A stretch of DNA of 64,000 nucleotides from Octopus sinensis. Lineage: Eukaryota. Below the pieces are notes generated by a model. That model did no database searches. It was not told the origin of the DNA and was given only the letters and a program-made list of their open reading frames with translations. The stretch is from positions 180,668,001 to 180,732,000 of the forward strand of contig NC_042998.1 in NCBI RefSeq assembly GCF_006345805.1, given 5' to 3'. The position numbers and the translations under genes are program-made. Positions 42,009 through 56,205 of the stretch are shown here, in pieces. Numbering within the stretch: the first letter of the stretch is position 1; the number at the start of each line of letters is the position of its first letter.

Positions 42009-42616
42009 AGTACTCAGCTAAAATATTTTATAAGAATTTAACTAGAGAGACAAATATATGCTGCAACGTGAAATTACATGTTCGGTACTATGATAAATGA
42101 AGTTGTATGATGTGAAAGAAGTTGAATACGTTTAAGTTAGAAAGCTTTAAATATATCTGATTGAATATCTGGGTCAAAAGTTCGCTTCACAGTCATCCCT
42201 CAGCATATCATCTTTAAGGAAGTGAAAAAATTCAAGGTAAAACATCACATTGAATAGAATTTTAGTATGGAATCCCATCATATACATGCGTGGTCTGTTG
42301 TTGCATGTGTTTATAGGTATGTGCGTGTGAGTGTATGCTCGTGTATGCTCGTGCATGCATGCGTGTGTGAGTGTGTGTGTGTGTATATGTGTATTTGTAA
42401 TTAGTGATGATTTAGTTAAAAAGAAGGGAATTCAAAATTGAGGTAAATATATGCAATACTTAAAGTACAGATTAGAATAATATATTTAAGGAGAAGTGGT
42501 GTTTACAAGCTAAGTTATGTTTCATTCATGGAATTTTTTCGAGAATTCATTTAAGGATATCACTGCACATTGAATAAATTATGTGCTCACAGAAGCGTAT
42601 ATATATATATATATAT

Positions 42617-43571
42617 AGGTAAACAGTAAAAATAATTACAGACATGGACAAGAACATGAAACACCACAGAGACGACACAAGAACCACAGGACGGGACATT
42701 CGAAGCCCTCAGTCATCAGTCAAGAACCAGATCATCTTAGCAATTTCGGCTGATTAATCTTGAGATTGCTCCGATATGGGCAGCCCGCCAAGGGAAATCT
42801 AAGCCAAGCGCATTAGATCCCCTGGAAGAAAGCTTCGAATGTATACAACACGAGGACGGAAAACGAACGAAGTACACGAACAAAATACAGAATACCTGAC
42901 ACCAATAAGAATACAAAAACGTAAAAACAATAACGGTAAAAATAAAAACAAAACGAAACCAGGACGTAGGACAAGGTCTTTCGACAGGACGAGTTGAGTA
43001 TGGTGCTGGCTTGTGAAGTTGTGCCTAATGGCCGCAGGGAGACGAACAAATACGTGTTGCTTCGGCGGCTGCTGGAACGAAAAGAGCGCTCAACAACGGC
43101 TAGCGGTCACGTGAGAACAAAAGACAGGAGAAAAGGGACAGATGAAAAGAGAGAGAATGTGACCGAGGGAGGAGAAGAAAGAGACAGATCGAGGGGGGCT
43201 GGAGGTGAGAGAGATAGAGAAACGTAGAAGGGGGGGAAGACGGATGGAGGGGTTTAAAGAAAAGGAAGGGGAATAAAGGAGGAGAGAGGAGAAGAGAAGA
43301 GACAGATTAAGAGTCGTATCAATGCTAGAGAAAAAAATATACTTATCGTATAAGGAAACTTGTGGATACGTAGCCGCCGATTATATAGGTAAACAGTAAA
43401 AATAATTACAGACATGGACAAGAACATGAAACAACCACCACGAGACGACACAAGAACCACAGGACGGGACATTCGAAGCCCTCAGTCATCAGTCAAGAAC
43501 AATCATCTTAGCAATTTCGGCTGATTAATCTTGAGAATTGCTCCGATATGGCAGCCCGCCAAGGGAAATCT
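42617..43571 (-). mobile_element. Non-coding element with ~185-bp direct terminal repeats (period ~770 bp) in (TA)n; Penelope-like/retrozyme-like
   Basis: 42618-42800 repeated at 43388-43571; purine-rich interior without a credible ORF; no TG..CA LTR ends or TSD seen. Confidence 0.7.
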
Positions 43572-43643
43572 ATATATATATTAATATATATATATATGAA
43601 TGCGTGTGTCTGTATGTCTCTGTGTATGTGTATATTTATCTAT

Positions 43644-43675
<32 letters not shown>

Positions 43676-43694
43676 ATATATAATATATATACGT

Positions 43695-44212
43695 TTAAAT
43701 ATTTGTTGTGCAAGATTTTTTATGTGAAGTCGTGTGTTGAAACAGATATTATTATATTTCGGATGGTCATATTGCCAGTTTAAAGCCAATAAAAACACAC
43801 GCACTAATATATTGGTGTTATTTTGCTTCAGTGTTATTTATTTTTTACGTTAATCTTAATCTTATTTCGGCCAGAGTTCTTTCGTCACACTCCTGTGACC
43901 GCATCAGTGGTCCTTTGTTTTCTTCTTTCTTATTTGTGTCTCTCCTTACTAACCGTCAGCCATTTTGTATTTCTATTGTATGTCTTCATTTGTGCATGCT
44001 TATATCTCTATGTGCGTCTATGTTTATTTAATGAGTATGTGTGGGGGGGATGCCTGTAATATTTGTATCTTCTGTTTATATACGTTCATGTAATTTGTTA
44101 ATTAAGATTAATGTAAAAAATAAATAACACTGAAGCAAAATAACACCAAATATATAGTGCGTGTGTTTTTATTGGCTAAACTGGCAAAATGACCATTCCG
44201 AAATATATCAAT
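43695..44212 (-). mobile_element. Palindromic Penelope-like pseudo-LTR with hammerhead-like motif in the spacer
   Basis: Arms ~43748-43860 and 44101-44212. Minus-strand cca-ctgatgcg-gtcaca(ggag)tgtgac-gaaagaactc-tgg at 43871-43910. Confidence 0.7.
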
Positions 44213-44213
44213 A

Positions 44214-44519
44214 TGTGTGGCTTAGTGGTTAGGGTAATCGGCTCACGATCGTAAGGTCGTGAGTTCGATTTCCGATGGAGCGATGTATCCTTGAGTAAGG
44301 CTCTTTATTTCACGTTACTCCAGTCCACTCAGCTGACAAAAATGAGTTGTGCCAGTAATTCAAAGAGCCGTGCACTTGTCACACTCTGTGTCACGTTGAA
44401 ACTCCCTGAGAACTATGTTAAGGGTACGCATGACTGTGGAGTGCTCAGCACGTTAATTTCACGAGCAAGCTGTTCCGTTGATCGGATCGACTGGAACCTT
44501 CGTCGTCATAACCGACAGA
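44214..44519 (+). mobile_element. tRNA-derived SINE, family D
   Basis: A-box tggcttagtgg, B-box gagttcgattt, central gtatccttgagtaagg...ctccagtccactcagctg...aaatgag domain. Confidence 0.75.
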
Positions 44520-44806
44520 CTGCAAGTTATTGCTAATACTGAGCAGAATATCACAATGATACAAAGGTTGAGATGTTTTAAGGTCCATTTTATGTGTTTG
44601 CATCATCAAACCTGTTCTTCACTTATATTTTGATGAACTCTGTCAAGAAACATGAATGCCATTATGGAGAATTATTCTGTACCGATGTCAATGAAGAATA
44701 TATATCTGTTATGTGAATAACATATAGAACACGGTGCTTCATTTCAATTTACCAAGTTGAATGTAGCTTTGGTCAGCAGGAACTGATATCATCAGACGGT
44801 ATCAAA

Positions 44807-45037
44807 CGGCGAGCTGGCAGAAACATTAGCACGCCGGGTGAAATGCGTAGCCGTATTTCGTCTGCCGTAACAATCTGAGTTCAAATTCCGCCGAGGTCGA
44901 CTTTGCCTATCATCCTTTCGGGGTCGATTAAATAAGTACCAGTTACGCACTGGGGTCGATGTAATCGACTTCATCCGTGTGTCTGTCCTTGTTCGTCCCC
45001 TCTGTGTTTAGCCCTTTGTGGGTAGTAAAAGAAATAG
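44807..45037 (+). mobile_element. SINE family A, full length
   Basis: cggcgagctggcagaaac...gggtagtaaaagaaatag. Confidence 0.9.
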
Positions 45038-45574
45038 TTATCAAACAAACATCTGAAGCGCAATACTCTCTCGTTGGTGGATCTGTAGCGGTATGCAAAT
45101 TACTGCTCCTGTTCTCCTCCTGGTTTCCAGGTTAATTCCTCTTTCTTTTTCTATCACCAGCAAGAGGTTCTTTCTGCTGTCTCTCCCAGGTGTTATCAAC
45201 ACACACGCAATCAAACACACACACACACTCACTCAAACATGTACATACATACATATATATACATGTATATGTGTGTGTAAATATATATATATATATATAT
45301 CTACACACACACATATATATATATATATATATGTATATATGATTGTATGTATGTATGTATATATGTATGTATGTATGTATGAATGTATGTATGTATGTAT
45401 GTATTTATGTATGCATGTATGTATGTATATATGTATGTATATATGTATGCATGCATGTATGCATGTATGTATATATGTATGTATGTATGCATGCATGTAT
45501 GTATGTATGTATTTATGTATGCATGTATGTATGCATGTATGTATGTATGTACGAATGTATATGTGTATATGTAC

Positions 45575-45772
45575 ATATTAAGAAAAAGAAAGTAGTCATA
45601 ATTTGGACAAAAAAATATTTATTTAGTGCTTCCGTGCCTTTCGGGGATTCATTATTATTCATGAGGAATCCCTAAAAGGGACGAAAGCGCTAAATAAATA
45701 CTTCTTACCCAAATCCTGACTACCTTCTTTTTCTTAATATATAAAATCTATATTCGACTTCAAACAATCTAA
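45575..45772 (+). mobile_element. Short palindromic pseudo-LTR with hammerhead-like motif
   Basis: Arms ~45575-45650 and 45666-45740. Plus-strand atgagga-atccct(aaa)aggga-c-gaaagcgcta at ~45661-45692; tail 45741-45772. Confidence 0.65.
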
Positions 45773-46063
45773 ACACACACACGCATTTATAATTATATAT
45801 ATATACACGAATGAAATTTTTACCTTACATATTGCTTATCATGTATTTTAAATATCTGGATATTGCGTGTATACCACATATATCCTTATCTAACCTTGTA
45901 GGTAGCTTATTATTGCTGACACTCTCATTTAACAGCCTTGTGTTTGTATGTATCTGTACCTACATATATCAGCATATATTTATATCTATCTATATCCTAT
46001 GTACGTTATATGTAAGTTTGTGCGGCTTAATATTTCATTCCGTCACTGTGAACGTATGTAATG

Positions 46064-46098
<35 letters not shown>

Positions 46099-46100
46099 GG

Positions 46101-46186
<86 letters not shown>

Positions 46187-47693
46187 TACGTATATATATA
46201 TACACATCCCTCATATATAAGTATGTGTGCGTGCGTGCGTATTGAAAATTTATACACCTTTATACACACACACGCACACATATATATATACCTAGACCAC
46301 ACACACATAAATAGGTGTGTGTACTTGCAGTTTGCTTGAAGTATTGCGGAATATATGAGAAATAGGGTATTATAGAATGCATAACAATGCAGTTTGAACA
46401 TTAAACATCTATAACTCACAACAGGCATGCTAAACTAATCGGACGTATATTTTTCTTACTCCTCGCCTTAAGAAATTTTTAAAGGTGTATTTCCCTCGAA
46501 ATATAAGGAATAATGAAATATGTCTATTGTAACGTAAAGTTTTTTTTTTCCTATCGTTATGTTTGATGTTTAGCGCTTTCTATCAGCATTGTTATGGCAC
46601 TTCAGCATTCTGCAGCACACTTTTCATTTTATACATACATGCATTTATGTGTGCGTGGGAGAGAGAATGTGTGTGTGTGTGTTCGTGTGTGTGTATACAT
46701 ACATGCATGCATTCATATGTGCGTATATGCAAATGTATATATGCGTGTGCATGTATGAACGCGCATGTGTATTGTATACACATATATACACACACACTCA
46801 CACACATACGCACAAAACACTCACAAACGTACACACACACTCTCACACATACACACACACACACACTCACACACATACACACACATAGGCGTATCATTAT
46901 GAACTGTTTTTAACCATAAGAAGGTCACAACGCAGGTCTCAGAGCGTGCGCACTCAACATACACGCGCACACAAAAATAAGTATAGATGGTTGAATATAT
47001 ATATATATATATATATCAATTGTTGATAATTATATTATCTTTATATTTGCTCTATTTTGCTTGCATTATAGATTTTTGCTTCTATAAGCCTTATCTATTC
47101 AATCATCCTCATTATTTGGCCCCAATAATATAAATTCTTTCTTTTTAAAAAGCCTCACCGACCCCTAGCATCGCTACCCACACGAAATCCACAACATTCA
47201 CAGCAACTATTAAGAACACGACTTCACACAAAATCTTTTTATCCCAAAATAGAACACCCTGTTTTCTCTCTTTCCTTCTTTTTTCTCTTCCCTTCTCTCT
47301 TTCTCTCTCTTTATGTATGTATGCATACATGTATGTTCGCATGTATATTCTTCCGAAGCACTCTCATAGTGCCGCACACAGTGTGACGTAGCATTATAAA
47401 TAGAATCTCCATGTTTCCATGCTCAAAGACCGAAGATTCTGAACAGAAATCAACCATTGTAAGGAATTATACTATCAATCCCTTCAATAAAAAGATATAG
47501 ATATGTCGATATAAGGAATATACTCACAAAAGCAATATAAGGAACAATATGATATGCTCTGAAACAGTCATTATCTACATGAAAATATATTGCACAATTT
47601 AAACCACTGCAAAAATTCAGATATCACAAAATATCAACAGCAAAATACATGTTTATTGTATATCTATCTTTCTAGCTATTTGTGTGCGCGATA

Positions 47694-48036
47694 TATTATA
47701 TTATATTATATTATATTATATTATATTATATTATATTATATTATGTTATATTATATTATATTATATTATATTATTATATTATATTATATTATATTATATT
47801 ATATTATATTATATTATTATATTATATTATGTTATATTATTTATATTATATTATATTATATTATATTATATTATATTATATTATATATATTATATTATAT
47901 ATATTATATTATATTATATTAATGTTATATTATATTATATTATGTTATATTATTATATTATATTAATTATATTATATTATATTATATTATATTATATTAT
48001 ATTATATTATGTTATATTATATTATATTATATTATA
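47694..48036. repeat. (ATTAT)n pentanucleotide array abutting a Helitron 3' end
   Basis: Direct reading. Confidence 0.95.
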
Positions 48037-48548
48037 CTAGCAGTATCGCCCGGCGTTGCTCGGGTTTGTAAGGGAAATAACTATATAAGCATTTTTAGAG
48101 AGTTACTTCCCTTATAGATGCCAATTCGGGCTTTCTTAGCCATTTTTGTTTTGGTGTCTTCAAGCCATGAAGTCGTTGTTCTAAAAGAACGCTGGTCTCC
48201 TTCGCAACGCATTACGACATTGATTTCTTTACACTCCCTTCCCCACAGCTTCACGAGGGAGGGAAGGGGGAGAAGCAAACAGGTGCAGCTGTGAGCGTGG
48301 ACGCCAACTCCGCCGCCATCGACACACGATGCATTTTAAGCATTAAAATGGAATAAAAAATGATGTTAAATTATTTTTAAAATCGTAGACTCATCGTTGA
48401 CGCGCGCTAATAGTCAGACCGGCTCGATATGAATCACGACTATAAGATACCCGAATTTGGTTAAACTGCACCACAAAATGTGGGAGGAGTTAGGAATCTA
48501 AATCGAAGGGGACAGACACTCACACAACTAGAGTTTTATATATATAGA
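48037..48548 (-). mobile_element. Non-autonomous Helitron
   Basis: TC start and hairpin plus CTAG end on the minus strand; 3' end shared with 23581 and 59295. Confidence 0.82.
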
Positions 48549-48554
48549 TATGCT

Positions 48555-48766
48555 GATGTGGCTGAATGGTAAGAAGTTAGCTTCCCAATCACATGGTTCC
48601 GGCTTCAGTCCCACTTCGTGGCACCACTGCCAAGTGTCTTGTACTATAGTCCCTGGTAGATCAAAGGTTTATGTTTGGATTTGGTAGACCCAGATACAAA
48701 CACATACACACACACTCACACAGACATATATATATTTATATGTGTGTATGAGTGTGTGTGTGCATA

Positions 48767-48807
<41 letters not shown>

Positions 48808-49440
48808 GTGTGAGTGAGTGTCTGCGTGTGAGTGGATGTCTGTGTTATCTTACCAGCAACGCTTGACAATTCGTTTCTACTCTAGGCACAAGGCCCAAAA
48901 TTTTGGGGAAGAGGAACTGTCGATTATAGCGACCCCAGTACTTAATTTATCGATCCCGAAAGGATGAAAGGCAAAGTCGACCTCGGTGGAATTTGAACTC
49001 GGAACTTAAAGACAGACGAAATACCTATTTCCTTACTACTCACAAGGGGCTAAACACAGAGGGAACAAACAAGGACAGACAAACGGATTACGTCGGTTAT
49101 ATCGACCCCAGTGCGTAACTGGTACTTATTTAATCGACTCCGAAAGAATGAAAGGCAAAGTTGACCTCGGTGGAATTTGAACTCAGAACGTAGCGACAGA
49201 CGAACTACCGCTAAGCATTTCGCTCGGCGTGCTAACGTTACTGCCAACTTGCCAACAACGCTTGATAATTAGTGTCAGTTTGTTTACATTCCTGTAGTCT
49301 AGCGGTTCTACAAAAGGAACTACAAAAAAAGTACCAGACTACAAAAAATTTAGTTCTGAGGTCTATTCGTTCGACCAAAATATTTCAGGGTGATGCCCCA
49401 GAATGACCGCAGTCTATTGTCTGAAACAAGTAAGAGATAA
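48555..49440 (+). mobile_element. SINE family B, full length, interrupted by a SINE A dimer
   Basis: Head 48555-48690, internal (TG)n, 3' part ...gatgccccagaatgaccgcagtc...ctgaaacaagtaagagata at ~49270-49440. Confidence 0.75.
48872..49252 (-). mobile_element. Dimeric SINE family A with 18-bp TSD
   Basis: cagcaacgcttgacaatt (48854-48871) versus caacaacgcttgataatt (49253-49270) flank the whole dimer. Confidence 0.85.
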
Positions 49441-49987
49441 AAAATTGCAGACAAAAGAAAGATATTGTACAGATTAAGTTGTTGATATTCTGTTGTCGCT
49501 TAGCTCTCAGCTCATCCCCAAGAGCAAAACCAAGATCATAATTATGATCTCTCTTCTCCTCCTTATCAGCACCTTTATTATTTGTAAGGGAAAAGAAATT
49601 TCAGGCTTAATTAGCTTACTTTTCTTTATTCATTTTTAGTAACCCTTAATCCTATTCTTTATAGTTTCTGTACATCAGAATATCCTCTTAACAATGCTTT
49701 GCAGTATTCGTGCTCAATATTGTTAAGCTCGATTAAACAAAGGAAACTATATGTGGTGACAATATGTGTTAAGAATAGCAACCGTCAAATCATATCCCAC
49801 CGTAAAAAGACACGTTGGATAATATGTTCGTGGACATTTTCTTGCACGTAAGAAAACATGGGACAGTCACGGTGGAGAGGCCTTTGATCATAAGGATTAA
49901 ACTAGGGTTTAAGAACAACAGTACTGGGCATAATTCTTACCGACACATTCCACCTGGCCTACGACTGGATAATCACCATCACAACGT

Positions 49988-50018
<31 letters not shown>

Positions 50019-50162
50019 CGTCGTCATCATCATCATGGACCCACGTCACCATTTCAACTGATTAGAGGTTAGCCGCATGTAAGGGAAGCAAGATAACAGC
50101 TATTAGCGTTGTTCGTGTTTCCAATTTGATAATGTACTTCAAATGCTTAGAATTAAAAAAAA

Positions 50163-50329
<167 letters not shown>

Positions 50330-50978
50330 TGTTTATCAAACATCCATTTATTCTCTTGCTTCTTGAATCAAGTAATATAAAAGATATCATTAATTAAAGA
50401 AAAATATTTTAAAACTTTAATGGCAAGATAATAAAATTACAATTCTTTCATTCAATCGTCTCCTTAGTGTCTTTCAGGATAATGTTTCTGTATTTTTATC
50501 GCTTTCTATTTTTATCAGAGGTTGTGGAGGATTGTAAGTAGTTATCCTAGAATCCTTTCTATAAGATAAGGAAAACTATAATTCTCTTCAATTATTTGCC
50601 GAATAGATATCCCTACAATCATATATAATACTCTTTAGCTGCTCTTTTATTTTTCATCTTACAAAACTATATTTATCTTACCACAATCGTTCACTCATTT
50701 CACATTTCCTGTTATTTTTTTTTATTTCAGAGGAAAAGAAAACAACTTACAAATTATAAGCACGCCAAATATCTAAAATATCTTCCGTAAAATTTACACG
50801 TGATTTTTTAAATATATTTTTGACTTCAACTGTAATTGTTAAAAATTGAAAAAAAGAATAGAAGTAAATTATTAATTCAGACTTTCTGCACTTAACATAT
50901 GTGTATGTATTTACGTATATGTGCGCATGCTTTTGTGTGTGAGTATTTATCAGTGGGAATGTGTGTGTGTATGAATGC

Positions 50979-51030
<52 letters not shown>

Positions 51031-54000
51031 AAGTATATGCACGTGTTACTGTTTCTAAATGAAAAATACTATCGTTCCCTTAAGATAGTAAATCATCAAC
51101 AAGTTTGAAGATGTCGTATAATCACGAATTATCTTACATTATTTCTTTCAGCAAGTAAGCTTCTAGTCCTTTATTCCTTATCTTATTTAGTCTATCATAC
51201 ATATGATCTTGTAAACGCCTGTCAACTTGAATTTAGACATACCGTCCTCGGTTTTAGAGTCTCTTATCTTTTAACAGTTCGCTGATGTACGATAGAAAAC
51301 GTCGTTTGAAACAAAAGCGTAACCAAAAGTAATTTAACAAAGGAACAAACATTGATTTAAGTTATGCTGAAAATTCTTTTGATTCTAAGAATATTTTAGT
51401 CCAGATCAGATTTTGTAGACAAAATGGCATATCTTAAAGACAAAATATACATATAACAGTTGTGACTATCTACGATGTGGATGGGGGATGTGTTACATCC
51501 GCTCTCATATTTTTTACTATATTATGAGGAAACACACGCCAATGAGAAAGGTTGTGGAGTGGCAGAGACTGTACAAAGGTTATCAAAATGCCTCCAAGTA
51601 CATAACTTAGCCCTTTTAAGTTCAAACTTGAAATCTCATTGTACGAACCAATTTACATCTCTGGGACCGATAAATATGAATAGTGTTTTAATATTCACTT
51701 AATCAACTAAACGTCTTCTCTGCAAATTCCTGATTTTGTGCCAATATACGAAATCTATATTCACAACTTAGATACCGATATATTTTGAAGAAAGTATATA
51801 TTTGTGTCTGTTATTGAATCTTTTTATGCAAGCAAGTCCAGATTTAAATGTTTATATTAATGGCCATGGCTGTCATCTAAAATATTTTGTGTGATTGGAA
51901 TATGAATTTATTAAAAAAATGATGCTTCTTTACTCTTTTTCTAGAAACTACGAGGGATGACTGACTGAAAATGTTAGACCCCTTTAACGAAAAGGTTACT
52001 TGATCACAAGCTAGCTAAAAGCCGATATATTGGTTTTGACATAACAGTTCACTACTGACAAACGTATTTAAAACCTTTCAATGATTGCTATGACCTACGG
52101 CTGATGTTATGTAACAGTACTTTTCTATCTTCTATTTTCTCCATAGGATTTGTTTGCTTTTCATCTAGTAGAATTATACCTAAACATCCCACACTAGTTA
52201 TGCAATAAATTGCAATTTTCTTATTAGTTCTGTAACTTTTAAAGAATGGTTATGAATATAACTTTTTAAAATGTAACTTAATCTCTTCAGGTTACACGTT
52301 TCTATGTCCCACTTATATATTTTTTTTATTTATTTCTTGTTGGTTCTCTCATATTCTAAATGAACACTAATAATAGAATGTAGCGAAAAATATTACTGGG
52401 GTGTATTCTAACTGATTTACAATTAAATTATTCTGTTAATGAATGATGAAATACGTCAATCACTACAGAGTATCGATAAGCATGTATGGTAGGAATGGAA
52501 TAGCTTTTCTGCCTGGTATATTAGGTATATAAAATTCTACATAGATTAAACTTACAATCTTAAAAACGTGAAATAAATACTATTTATAGATGATACATAA
52601 ACGATTTCTACATCCTTCAATGATGATTGATATGTTTTATGTGCTTCATATTAGCCTTAATCGAACAGACCTTATCCTCAAAGGAGTTATATTCACGATT
52701 ATTTCGTCTTTTGTTTTCAAGCATAGTGCATGTGGACTACGTTATCCAATGTGTCCGTTTTCAACCTTTGTGACATTGATGTTAGTGTCACTAAACAACT
52801 TCGAAACAAGAATATAATTCTTTTCTTCAAAAACACTCATAAAAGTTTTGAAATACTTAAAATCTCGAAACAGTTCTTATCCATAATTGTTCATGTTATT
52901 AAAAAGTACTGAATACTGCAACTTACAAGAATAGTAAACTTTAGTGTGGTTTGGAGTTTGGAATTAAGTTAAGGCTGTTTATATTTTCGGTAATTTTCTC
53001 ATGTTAGTATTGCAATCGAGAAAAGGACAGCAATCATCACATACTCTCATTTTCTTTGTTCTACAAAACTGTTGGCTGCGTTCTTGTATATAAAGATATA
53101 AAATCAATATTTAGTTTTGAGAGATAGGGGAAGTATAGAGGAATTGGTAGATATTCAAGAAACAACACACGGCACGATAAAATCTTACGCCGAATCAACT
53201 TCTTTCAAGATTATTCTGATTTAAGCTATATTAAAGATTTATATTCACTGAGATATGTTAACTAATAATCACGCTTCATATGTATTGAGGAGAATATTTT
53301 ATTTTATTTACTTCATGTGGAAGAGATGAAAGTGAGTTTCTTTTTTATTTTAGTTAGAAATAGTCCCAAAACATCATTCTATACCCAGATTGAAGTTTCG
53401 CTTTTGAGTAGAAGATGTAGAGCTGCTTTTTTATGCTTTTTTCTGAAAAGAAATTTATGACATGCAGAGAAGAAAATTGTATGGTAGATGTAACAAAAAG
53501 CAGTGAGTCGTGAAATGATAAGATGAAAAAAAAAAAAAACAATATTGGAAGTAGATAAATATTAACATAAAATCTAATAGACTGACAATATGATAGATGA
53601 TAAGTCAGATGAATTATTTGGTAAGATTGGGCTGATAACATTTAATATGTGTCTCAGACATTCAAATTTTGATAACATTCTCTTGAACTTTGAAACACAT
53701 TTTCCAAAAATTATCATGTACAAAATTTATAAAAACAAAATGTGTGTAAACAAAATTATGAAAACTGAGTAACATAGTTATAAACAAATACTTAAGAACA
53801 AAATGTCTGAAAAAACAAAACAAAAGCAAATATTATTAATCATAATTCCATCATGGGAAATAGTGGAAGTAAACAAATATTTCTTCAGACGCTCATATTG
53901 TAACTTATCTTGAACACACTACGACGGTCAGAAAGTTCATTTGTAGCAAGAAGTCATGTAGTCTATGTCATGAGAGAGACAGGAGAGGTGTGTGAGAGAG

Positions 54001-55950
54001 ACTTGCAACTGAAAAATATAATTGTTAAGCCGAGTAAATTTTCAGTAGGCTATCATCATATGAAAGAACCAAAACAATTCTTTCTAAGTTTGGCACAAGG
54101 CCAGCGATTTTGAAGGGAAGCTGGTATGATAAAGAAAAAGGCCAAGACAGTGTTGTGTGAAAAACAGCCAAGAGAAACACAGCTAGCGCTTCTAGCAACC
54201 GCACCCCTCTACACTCCCACATATTTGACAAATAATATACAAATACAATATAAATTTCATTTCTCTGAAATGATAAGAAATGTTATTTATTGAGGTAAAA
54301 CTGTATTAGATCTGCAAAAAGATAAGCATCGATTTAAATTACTTCCTAAAAGGCAGGGTAAACCAATCATTAATGTACGTTTTCGGGTTAAACTCTTGGC
54401 CACTTGATGGATTATACTAATCTATACTGAGCGCTTGCGTGACCTAGGGCAGCAGGAACAAGTCGAAGACCTTTGCCAGTATTATCGATCGCTGTCAGGC
54501 TCTCAGTTATAACTTTATATGATTTTCCTTTTCAAAGAATCTATTGATCGTTTTGTTAGTGTTATTCTTGTTAAAGAATACAACCGAAGAAATAAGCTAT
54601 TCTTGCAATATTTTCTTTAAAGGTTTATGGTTCATTTTTTTCTACCAAAAGGAACCAAAATAGCTGTTTAATTTTTCTATATTGCCAGAGCTATTTTGTC
54701 TAGTTGCTAGGTTTATATAGAGTTTTGTTCAGTTTTACTATGACATGCGGAAGATTTTCTGGAAGAAATAACGCTGCAGTTCAGATTTATGAACGATAGA
54801 AGAAAACCTTTACTTTTACAAGTAATTGAATTCATGCATAAAATTCTGCCTCCGTGTGTGTATGGGTGGGTGGGGGCGTTAAGAACTTCAATCTTACGGA
54901 TTTCCCTCTGTGTCCATGTTTACGTCAGTCATTCACCTGAAGCTTTGCGGCTAAAATATGTAGCATATTGACAGAAGAAGACTAGATACCCTTTTTTTTT
55001 CGTTTATTGTAATGAGGGCAGTTACTGCTTAGTTGAGAATTATTTTCTCGTTCTGAAGAAGAAACATAAGCGTCGCATACAGCCGCTACTATTTTATATA
55101 TGTGTAATCATCATAAAGAATACTCGGATATATGTGGCCTACCATTTTATCGAAGCTTGTAGCAATGACTTAGTTATATTAACTCGAGGGTAGTGTTTTG
55201 GAATTGTTTTTTCTTTCTACGTATATTGACTGATTTTGTGGTGTTGAATGTATCAAGATTGCTATGTTCCCTTTGAAGAACATTTTCCGGATTAATATTC
55301 ATAAAAGTAATGCGTGCCTTGTTGGATGTTTCTTGGTGCGTGACAAGAAATACTTGTGCGTGTAAAGTTAAATACGTTTAACGAGTTGTATGATCTGTGT
55401 AGCAACGTGTGTAAATTTAAGCAACACGAACGAAGCAGGTCATTCACGATGGGGAGGGACTTTGCAAATCACAACAAAATTTTCAGGTACAGTACAATTC
55501 ATAAAATATGTTTCAGAAGGAACATTGATGGAGTGGTCTGGAGAATATTTTAGGGGAAAAAAAGTCGAAAGAGGCGTATAAGGTATTCAAAGAAACCTGT
55601 TAGAAGGATTTAGAAAACTTACACATGAAATTATAAGATACTGTTATCACATATTTTTCATCAAGGGTATTAAATAAAATTTAGTATAACTTACTTTGAA
55701 AACCTACCAATATAGACTGATTGATGAATATAAGATTCAGAATGTTATTCATATGCATATCTAAACGCCAGGCTATGAAATGTATTTCCTCGATGAATAG
55801 TCATTTATTTGAGAGCGATATGTTGATTAAACCATTGATGTCATTCCAAAGAAAGCAATCGATAACTCCTACATACACAAGTGCATGCATACATTCGTAC
55901 TCACGTGTCTATATTATGTATGTATGTATGTATCTCTCTCTCTCTCTCTC

Positions 55951-55986
<36 letters not shown>

Positions 55987-56107
55987 GCATATATACATAT
56001 CATATATATGTGTATAAATATATATATACATAATGAAGTAGAGATAGAGTATATACATATATATGTATATATATATATATATATGTGTGTGTATACATAT
56101 ATATATA

Positions 56108-56156
<49 letters not shown>

Positions 56157-56157
56157 G

Positions 56158-56205
<48 letters not shown>

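Noticed and set aside
42617-43571. LTR retrotransposon or TRIM
   Set aside because: No TG..CA termini, primer-binding site or TSD visible; boundaries merge into (TA)n.
55356-55581. Short non-repetitive ORFs
   Set aside because: Length expected by chance; no recognisable domain.
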